A stretch of DNA of 61,001 bases, the filler included. It is 4 parts of 4 records of this genome, joined end to end, with 100 filler letters (N's around TTAATTAATTAA, not from the genome) between each part and the next. Parts side by side here need not be neighbours in the genome. Positions count along the whole stretch, not along the records: positions 52,475 to 61,001 come from SRR20825019_1536; 3 more parts are not named here. The stretch is one strand, 5' to 3'. Shown here piece after piece: positions 54,200-61,001 of the stretch. Below the pieces are notes generated by a model. It did no database searches and was not told the DNA's origin. It worked only from the letters and a program-made list of their open reading frames with translations. The position numbers and the translations under genes were made by a program. How positions within the stretch are numbered: position 1 is the stretch's first letter; each line of letters starts with the position of its first letter.

Positions 54200-54913
54200 A
54201 TGTTGAAAAGGGTTAATATTGAAAAACAGCTAGTTAAAGAAAGAAATAACCGGAATGAATTCATATCTAATGTAGTTTCTGAGATTTTTGAAAATGTTAC
54301 AGCAGAAGATGATAAAATATTGAATAAGCTTACAGAGCAACCATTAAACTCTCAAAATAATTTTAATCCAGAATTGCTTTTAACCAAGAATATTTATCAC
54401 ATTAACACGATAAAGAAGATATGTGTAGATTATAGATTACGGTTTTTAGACAGTAACTATTTTAAAAGCGATATACCATATGAAGCCATATTGAAAATTA
54501 AAACTCTTGAAAAAGAACATAATATAGCGCTAAGCGGCTTTAAGATTATGGCACCATCTAAACTCTTTAGATTAAAGAATGCAGATGATCCTTTGTTGTT
54601 TGCGCCAATTGGAAATGGTTATTACTATTTAATACATAAATGGGGAAATGACTTGAGCCCTTTTAGAAAACTGGCTATGTGGCCATTTAAAACGTTTGAA
54701 AATCTTTTAGTATTAATAGTTGTAACAAGCATTTTGGCAACATATTTATTTCCAATGTCATTATTAACTAAGCAGGAAGAAACTTTACAAGAGTATATTC
54801 TTTTGTTTTTCTTTATGTTTAAAGCTGTTGCAGCTATTGTATTATATTATGGTTTTGCAAAAGGTAAAAACTTTAATACAGCAATTTGGAACAGTGCATA
54901 TAGTAATGCTTAA
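54200..54913 (+). CDS. Hypothetical protein with two C-terminal TM helices
   Basis: 237-aa ORF with typical composition; no family recognised with confidence. Confidence 0.7.
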   Translation: MLKRVNIEKQLVKERNNRNEFISNVVSEIFENVTAEDDKILNKLTEQPLNSQNNFNPELLLTKNIYHINTIKKICVDYRLRFLDSNYFKSDIPYEAILKIKTLEKEHNIALSGFKIMAPSKLFRLKNADDPLLFAPIGNGYYYLIHKWGNDLSPFRKLAMWPFKTFENLLVLIVVTSILATYLFPMSLLTKQEETLQEYILLFFFMFKAVAAIVLYYGFAKGKNFNTAIWNSAYSNA

Positions 54914-55434
54914 TCTAAATAGCCTTTATCTCTAAGGCGTTCTCTAGCACTTTTTTTGGGAGTTATTTCTTCCTGTTTTACTGTCTCTTTAGGTTGTGGT
55001 GTAGGTTTGTGTTCTCCTCTTAAATCATTTACAAATGTTTTTCCTTTGTCGAAAGTGTCTTCTAAGGTATCTTCAACAATATCTGAGTTTTCTGTAATTT
55101 TTTTATTAACAAATAATACTGCAGAGGCAACATAGCTACCTATTAAAGTTCCAACAATACAAGCTACAAACAATTGCACACTCGCAATTGATATTGGAGT
55201 TAATGCCATTACAGCCAATGCCGCTGCCAAAAATAAAAGTGAAATGTAAACAAGACGTAGTAAAAAGTTTTGTTGATGTAAAAAACCTTTACTGTCATCT
55301 GGTTTCATCTGTAAATGCTTGGCGTGTGTAATTTTATTTAGAATTCTAAATGTACGGTTGCTTCTAGATTCTCTCCAATACCAAAGAATCCCAAATAAGA
55401 TAGCAGAAATAAATACAATAATCTCTAAAGTCAT
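54910..55434 (-). CDS. Hypothetical membrane protein (3 TM plus charged tail)
   Basis: ATGA overlap with the upstream DUF6638-like gene; three hydrophobic segments. Confidence 0.7.
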   Translation of the reverse strand: MTLEIIVFISAILFGILWYWRESRSNRTFRILNKITHAKHLQMKPDDSKGFLHQQNFLLRLVYISLLFLAAALAVMALTPISIASVQLFVACIVGTLIGSYVASAVLFVNKKITENSDIVEDTLEDTFDKGKTFVNDLRGEHKPTPQPKETVKQEEITPKKSARERLRDKGYLD

Positions 55435-56672
55435 AAGCTATGGTTTTTAAGGTCTTCTTTAATTGTGGCTATAGCCCAATCTTTTAATGAAGCATCCCAG
55501 TTTTTATAATGGTCGTAAAACAATTCCTTTTCAAAATAATAAAGGTTTACAATATCTAATGGTGCAATCTTTAATAATAACTTCCAAATTAAAGTAAGGT
55601 GCTCATCTTGTAAAGAACTGTGAGGTTTTGCCAAAGCTTTAAAAAATTGCTTTTGGTCTTTTGTGGTTTCTGTTACAGATGCAGATTTGGCCACAAACTT
55701 ATCTACACAAAGCACGGTGTTCCTGTCCAACTCATTTATTTTGTGTAAGTAACTTTTAAAAAGAATATGACCTTCTAAAATGTCTTTTATAGGGTGATCT
55801 GTATGTGTTAAGTATTTTGAAAGCACAAACTTTTTAATACGCGCATAGCGTTCTGTTTTTGCTTCATCTTCAATATCACTTGTAATTATGCTGTGATCTA
55901 TGAGTTTATCGAGTAACTCATCATCAGTAATTTTATAAATAAGAACATCTTGTTCTGTATCTTTTATAGCTTCTTTATAATTTTTATCATTTTCAAAAAT
56001 AAGAATGGTCTGTATAAAATCTCTTAGCACAAATACACCGCCAAATGCTTTAGTATAAAATGATGTTGTTTGATATGTTAAAGGAGTAAGCTTAAGTTTT
56101 CTTTGTCTTAAATCGCCGTACTTTCTTGCTGAAGCTAATAACTTGATGTGCATTTGATCATCTATAAAGTTGTTACCTTCATAAAACGTCTCTATAAGCT
56201 CAAGTTGTTCTTCTTGCTTTTTGTCTAAGTCATTTAAAATCCTAAAACCAGTAGAAATAGTTTTATATTTTAAAAGATCTAAAGGATGATAAAAGGCATC
56301 AATAAACTGATCTAAATCTACACAAATAGCACCATCTCTTGTTATATCTGTAATTGCTTTTTTATGTGCAGCAAAGATGCCGTACATAATATCTTTGTCA
56401 AAACTATGAAACGGAAAATAAACAGGTTTGCGGTGTTGTTCTGGAGAGATGATAATTGCATTTGTATTTGCTTCTCCAATGTTTAAGTAATAAAGATTAT
56501 CTTTTTCTTCAGCTACTTCTGGAGACCAGCCAATACCATCGACAGATATTTGTGTTAATGCTGTTGGCGCTATACCAATAAGTTTTAAACATTGGTTGTA
56601 ACGGTTTACCAATGGTGTGTTAAGTGAAACAAGTTCACCTTTATAAAGTTTAGCGTCTTTAAGTTTTTGCAT
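55431..56672 (-). CDS. DUF6638-like uncharacterised protein
   Basis: LV.RYN.CL...G..PT.L....VDG.GWSPEVAEE...YL and FYT.AFGGVFVLR patterns as I recall them for this family; not verified by HMM. Confidence 0.6.
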   Translation of the reverse strand: MQKLKDAKLYKGELVSLNTPLVNRYNQCLKLIGIAPTALTQISVDGIGWSPEVAEEKDNLYYLNIGEANTNAIIISPEQHRKPVYFPFHSFDKDIMYGIFAAHKKAITDITRDGAICVDLDQFIDAFYHPLDLLKYKTISTGFRILNDLDKKQEEQLELIETFYEGNNFIDDQMHIKLLASARKYGDLRQRKLKLTPLTYQTTSFYTKAFGGVFVLRDFIQTILIFENDKNYKEAIKDTEQDVLIYKITDDELLDKLIDHSIITSDIEDEAKTERYARIKKFVLSKYLTHTDHPIKDILEGHILFKSYLHKINELDRNTVLCVDKFVAKSASVTETTKDQKQFFKALAKPHSSLQDEHLTLIWKLLLKIAPLDIVNLYYFEKELFYDHYKNWDASLKDWAIATIKEDLKNHSL

Positions 56673-56752
56673 TTTAATAAATAGAGATTAAATGTAGGTA
56701 ATCTACTATTTATAAGTTGTGGAGAAAGAGAAAAAGTTACAATTGACTATAA

Positions 56753-57502
56753 TTAAACAATGGACTTTATAACCCTTAGTTTATGCGTATGTTCATTCTT
56801 TTCAACATTATAAATACCTGAATGGTCTATACGGTCTATACGTACTTTACCGTGTGCGTGTATTATATAATGGTCTTGCATCATAATGCCAACGTGTGTA
56901 ATTTGTCCTTCTGCATTATCAAAAAATGCTAAATCACCAGGCTCAGATTCTTCAATAAAACTTAATGGCTCACCTTGAGTTGCTTGTTGTGATGCGTCTC
57001 TTAAAAGTTTAAAGCCATTAAGTTTGTATACCATTTGTGTAAAACCGCTACAATCTATACCAAAAGGTGTTTTGCCACCCCAAAGGTATGGTGCATTAAG
57101 GTACATAAATGCGGTATCTACTATTTTAGATTTGTCTTGTTCATGCGTTGTGGTCATACCCTCAAAAATATGCTTTAACAAAGCAGATTGGGAAACAGCT
57201 GAACCAATAGGAATTGGAAATATAAGCTGTTGAGATGTTGTAATATAATCCATTACATCTGCAGATAATTTAGGATCTGCAAGATTAATAGTGGTATACA
57301 TCTCTTCAGATATTTCAAACAACTGTTTGTTATCTATCCAACCTTCATAGCTATCATAGCCAAACCTAATTCTGCTCCAAGATTTACGCATTTCTAATAT
57401 TTTGAAGTGATCTCCATATAAGGCCTGCGTAACCATCTCGCTTGAATCTTCTGGAAACAGACGTACTGGTACAATGCTAAGAGGACAAATTCCGTAACGC
57501 AT
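56753..57502 (-). CDS. NlpC/P60 (C40) peptidase with N-terminal SH3-like domain
   Basis: PYLWGGKTPFGIDCSGF, RDASQQ, GDLAFF, HVGI and IIHA motifs. Confidence 0.92.
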   Translation of the reverse strand: MRYGICPLSIVPVRLFPEDSSEMVTQALYGDHFKILEMRKSWSRIRFGYDSYEGWIDNKQLFEISEEMYTTINLADPKLSADVMDYITTSQQLIFPIPIGSAVSQSALLKHIFEGMTTTHEQDKSKIVDTAFMYLNAPYLWGGKTPFGIDCSGFTQMVYKLNGFKLLRDASQQATQGEPLSFIEESEPGDLAFFDNAEGQITHVGIMMQDHYIIHAHGKVRIDRIDHSGIYNVEKNEHTHKLRVIKSIV

Positions 57503-57511
57503 TAAAAAGTA

Positions 57512-58690
57512 TTAAGGACGTTCAACTACAATTGCAGAAGCACCGCCACCACCATTACAAATACCAGCTGCTCCAATTTTTGCATTGTTTTGCTCTAAAA
57601 CACTTAATAGAGTGATTAAAATTCTTACACCAGAACATCCTAGTGGGTGCCCTAATGATACTGCACCACCATTTACATTGGTCTTAGTATCATCTATTCC
57701 TAAAATCTTCATATTAGCTAGACCTACAACAGAGAATGCTTCATTTAATTCAAAATAATCTACATCATCAATAGTTATTCCTGCTTTATCTAATGCCTTA
57801 GGTAATGCTTTTGCTGGAGCAGTTGTAAACCACTTAGGCTCTTGCGCTGCATCTGCATAACTCTTAATAGTTGCTAAAGGTGTTAAGCCTAATTCTTCTG
57901 CTTTTTCTGCACTCATTAAAACTACAGCTCCTGCGCCATCATTAATTGTAGATGCATTTGCTGCGGTAACAGTGCCGTCTTTAGTAAATGCAGGACGTAA
58001 AGAAGGAATTTTCTCCATTCTTACGTTTTTATATTCTTCATCTTCGCTAACTACAACAGGTTCTCCACGACGTTGTGGTACCTCTACAGGAACAACTTCA
58101 TTTGCAAATTTACCTTTGCTCCAAGCTTTTGCAGAACGCTCATAAGATTGAATTGCATAAGCATCTTGATCTTCTCTTGAAAATTCATATTCAGTAGCAC
58201 AAAGATCTGCACATGTTCCCATTGCATTTTGATCGTAGGCATCTACCAAACCATCCTTTTGCATTCCGTCTTCCATTTTTGCAGGTCCAAATTTTTGACC
58301 ATTACGCATATGTACATAATGAGGTATTAAGCTCATATTTTCCATACCACCAGCAACAACAATATCTGCATCGCCCAAAGCAATAGCTTGCGCTCCATTT
58401 ATTACAGCTTTCATACCACTAGCACAAACTTTATTAACCGTTGTACAAGGTACAGATTCTGGAATACCAGCACCTAATGCAGCCTGTCTTGCAGGAGCTT
58501 GTCCTACACCAGCTTGCACTACGTTACCCATATATACTTCCTGAACTTTTGAAGCATCTAATTTAATTTTATCTAAAGCACCTTTAATAGCAACACTTCC
58601 AAGTTTAGTGGCTGTTACAGTAGATAAGCTTCCTAAAAAGCTTCCAATTGGTGTTCTTGCTGCACTTACAATGACTACAGATTTACTCAT
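57512..58690 (-). CDS. Acetyl-CoA C-acyltransferase (thiolase)
   Basis: NKVCASGMKA, NEAF, GHPLGCSG and CNGGGG motifs. Confidence 0.95.
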   Translation of the reverse strand: MSKSVVIVSAARTPIGSFLGSLSTVTATKLGSVAIKGALDKIKLDASKVQEVYMGNVVQAGVGQAPARQAALGAGIPESVPCTTVNKVCASGMKAVINGAQAIALGDADIVVAGGMENMSLIPHYVHMRNGQKFGPAKMEDGMQKDGLVDAYDQNAMGTCADLCATEYEFSREDQDAYAIQSYERSAKAWSKGKFANEVVPVEVPQRRGEPVVVSEDEEYKNVRMEKIPSLRPAFTKDGTVTAANASTINDGAGAVVLMSAEKAEELGLTPLATIKSYADAAQEPKWFTTAPAKALPKALDKAGITIDDVDYFELNEAFSVVGLANMKILGIDDTKTNVNGGAVSLGHPLGCSGVRILITLLSVLEQNNAKIGAAGICNGGGGASAIVVERP

Positions 58691-58774
58691 AATATATGTC
58701 TTGTTTTTTGTGTTGCGAATTTAGTGATTTTAAAAGGAAATCTAAACTATTCTGTACACTGCGCAATATTTTAC

Positions 58775-58782
58775 TACTTTTG
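58775..58782 (+). promoter_or_regulatory. Bacteroidetes -7 promoter element
   Basis: TACTTTTG matches TAnnTTTG, 17 nt upstream of the HD gene ATG. Confidence 0.6.
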
Positions 58783-58799
58783 AGTATCAGCATAAGACT

Positions 58800-60845
58800 A
58801 TGGCTAAATTTGTAGACAACCTGTATAAGAATCAGGCATTGTTTTTTAAGATTATGTTATGGGCACTGAGTACAGTGTTCATAGTTTATCTCTTTCCAAA
58901 AGGAGGGAAATTTAAGTATGAGATTACTAAAGGGAAACCTTGGCAGTATGAAAACTTGTATGCACCTTTTAATTTTGCTATTCTCAAGACAGATGAAGAG
59001 ATAGCTTCAGAAAAAGAGGATATAAGACAAAAGCAAATACCATACTATAACTATGATAATAAAGTTGTAGAAGAGGTTTCAGATAATATTGCAAAAGTGT
59101 TTTCAGCTACATTTAATGATAGCATTAAAAGAACAGAAGGCAATCAACTTCTAAAATTTACCAACACTACATTTCAGGATATATATGAAAAAGGTATTCT
59201 ACAAGAAATAGACGGTTTGGCAGAAGACCGCTTAGTGTTCTTAAAAAAAGGTAATGCTGCTGTTGAAGTAGAGTACGGAAGTCTTATTAAACAAAGCGAA
59301 TTAAGAGCCTACATTAAAAATAAAGTTAAGCGAGCCAATCTCTCTAGATATGAAACAGAATTTGTAGAGCTGTTTTTTGATTTAGTTAAACCAAACGTTA
59401 TTGCTAATGAAACGCTTACACGTAAAGAAATTGAGAGTAAACTACAGGATATAAGTTATACACGTGGTAGTGTAACCAAAGGTAGTAGGATTATTGCTCG
59501 TGGTGAGGTTGTTGAAGGCGATAAATATAAAATTTTAAACTCCCTAAAAGCAGAATTTGAGTCTCAAGTATGGAGCCAATCTAGTTACTATTGGGTTATT
59601 TTCGGCTATACCATTTTAGTATCTCTAGCTTTACTAATGTTACTTCTATTTATTAAAAAGTATAGAATTGAGATTTTTGAGAATAACACACAGATAACAT
59701 TTATATTCTTTAATGTCTTAGTTATGGTATTGCTTACAACATTGGTTGTAAAGTATAACCCAGAATTTGTTTACTTAGTTCCCTTGTGTATATTACCATT
59801 AACCTTAAAAGCATTTTTCGATGCGAGATTAGGTTTGTTTACACATGTTATAACAGTTTTATTATTAGGCTTTATAGTACCTAATAGTTATGAATATATG
59901 TTTTTGCAAATTTTAGCAGGAATAGTAACCATACTTACAGTATCTGAACTTTATAAACGAGCTAACTTATTTATCTCTGTAGCACAAATAACTCTAGTAT
60001 ATATCTTGGCATATTTTGCCTTTACTATAACAAGAGAAGGTACAGTAACAGCTATGAACTGGGAAACTATATTGTATTTTGTTACTTGTGGTTTAGCAAC
60101 CTTGTTTGTACAACCTTTAATTTATGCTTTTGAAAAAGTATTTGGAATGGTTAGCGATATGAGTTTGTTGGAATTGTCTGATACAAACTCAAAACTTCTC
60201 AAAAAAATGTCTAATACTGCTCCAGGAACATTTCACCACTCATTAAATGTTGCCAATCTAGCTGAAGCTGCTGCTAATGAAATTGGAGCAAATGCTATGT
60301 TAGTTAGGGTAGGAGCGTTATATCATGATATAGGTAAAATGAAAAACCCAACCTACTTTACAGAAAACCAAACCACGTCTGTAAACCCTCATAACGATTT
60401 AGAACCACAAGAAAGCGCCAATGTTATTATTGATCATGTATTAGATGGTATTGAGATAGCAAAGAAGAATAAACTACCAGACCGTATTATAGATTTTATA
60501 AGAACACATCACGGTACAAGCTCTGTATATTACTTTTATATGCAAGAAAAGAAAACAAACGAATATGCAGATGTAAGTGATTTTAGTTATCCTGGACCTA
60601 TACCATTTAGCAAGGAGACAGCTATATTAATGATGAGTGATAGTGTAGAGGCAGCAAGTAAAAGTCTTAAAGAACCTACTAGTACGTTAATTGATAATTT
60701 TGTTGAAAAAATAATTAACAAGCAGATGGATGAAGGCCAATTTTTAAATGCCAATATAACATTTAAGGAAATACAGACAATCAAGAAGGTTTTAAAACGA
60801 AAACTTAACAATATCTATCATTTAAGAATAGAGTATCCTGAGTAG
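58800..60845 (+). CDS. 7TM-HD (HDIG) membrane phosphohydrolase, PgpH-like
   Basis: Extracellular domain, 7 TM, then APGTFHHS, YHDIGK, YFTENQ, HHGT and DSVEAA motifs. Confidence 0.9.
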   Translation: MAKFVDNLYKNQALFFKIMLWALSTVFIVYLFPKGGKFKYEITKGKPWQYENLYAPFNFAILKTDEEIASEKEDIRQKQIPYYNYDNKVVEEVSDNIAKVFSATFNDSIKRTEGNQLLKFTNTTFQDIYEKGILQEIDGLAEDRLVFLKKGNAAVEVEYGSLIKQSELRAYIKNKVKRANLSRYETEFVELFFDLVKPNVIANETLTRKEIESKLQDISYTRGSVTKGSRIIARGEVVEGDKYKILNSLKAEFESQVWSQSSYYWVIFGYTILVSLALLMLLLFIKKYRIEIFENNTQITFIFFNVLVMVLLTTLVVKYNPEFVYLVPLCILPLTLKAFFDARLGLFTHVITVLLLGFIVPNSYEYMFLQILAGIVTILTVSELYKRANLFISVAQITLVYILAYFAFTITREGTVTAMNWETILYFVTCGLATLFVQPLIYAFEKVFGMVSDMSLLELSDTNSKLLKKMSNTAPGTFHHSLNVANLAEAAANEIGANAMLVRVGALYHDIGKMKNPTYFTENQTTSVNPHNDLEPQESANVIIDHVLDGIEIAKKNKLPDRIIDFIRTHHGTSSVYYFYMQEKKTNEYADVSDFSYPGPIPFSKETAILMMSDSVEAASKSLKEPTSTLIDNFVEKIINKQMDEGQFLNANITFKEIQTIKKVLKRKLNNIYHLRIEYPE

Positions 60846-60897
60846 AAAGTTCATTTTTAGGTCATTATAAATTTGCAGAAAAAAAAATAAAAAAAGG

Positions 60898-60929
60898 TTT
60901 GGTAAGAATGAAAGCATCTCTTACATTTG
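60898..60929 (+). promoter_or_regulatory. Bacteroidetes sigma70 promoter for the tRNA
   Basis: TTTG (-33), 20 nt spacer, TACATTTG (-7). Confidence 0.7.
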
Positions 60930-60971
60930 CATCCGCTTAATGAAACAAGCGCAAGTTCTTAGAAAAACATT

Positions 60972-61001
60972 GGAGAGGTGCCAGAGTGGTAATGGAGCAG
61001 A
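60972..61001 (+). tRNA. 5' fragment of a tRNA, probably tRNA-Ser; anticodon lies outside the window
   Basis: GGAGAGG-TG-CCAGAGTGGTAATGG acceptor and D arm downstream of a canonical promoter. Confidence 0.7.

Overview
The window is not one genome. It joins four unrelated contigs with artificial N-run/TTAATTAATTAA spacers. (1) 1-20044 is a GC-rich Rhizobiales-like alphaproteobacterium. It carries lepA, yceI-cyt b561-yceI, an accessory block (acyl-CoA thioesterase, TPP-dependent enzyme, class III PPK2, P3A-type H+-ATPase), the bamE/yceD/plsX/fabH/ihfA/merR core cluster, a TonB haem receptor with iron-regulatory elements, a PTP-like phosphatase and LysR-mmsA. (2) 20145-27819 is a eukaryotic-looking contig with one giant ankyrin-repeat gene (about 30 repeats) containing two short, in-frame, stop-free GT-AG introns. 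(3) 27920-52374 is a very AT-rich Rickettsiaceae-like endosymbiont. It carries an ankyrin/F-box effector candidate, a decayed IS982 element, uvrB-rsmH-ftsL-ftsI-murE-murF-mraY, tolC with a RARP-1-like gene, trmD-rplS, tRNA-Cys-xerD, a DASS transporter, dnaA-dnaN and mfd. (4) 52475-61001 is a Flavobacteriaceae-like contig: 3' part of RNase P RNA, trmH, fasciclin, a DUF6638-like gene, NlpC/P60, thiolase, a 7TM-HD hydrolase and the start of a tRNA. The best candidates for new biology are the putative polyphosphate-fuelled proton-extrusion module, the 37-aa-repeat ankyrin/F-box protein and the hidden 3n introns. All calls come from reading motifs by eye; no database searches were run.
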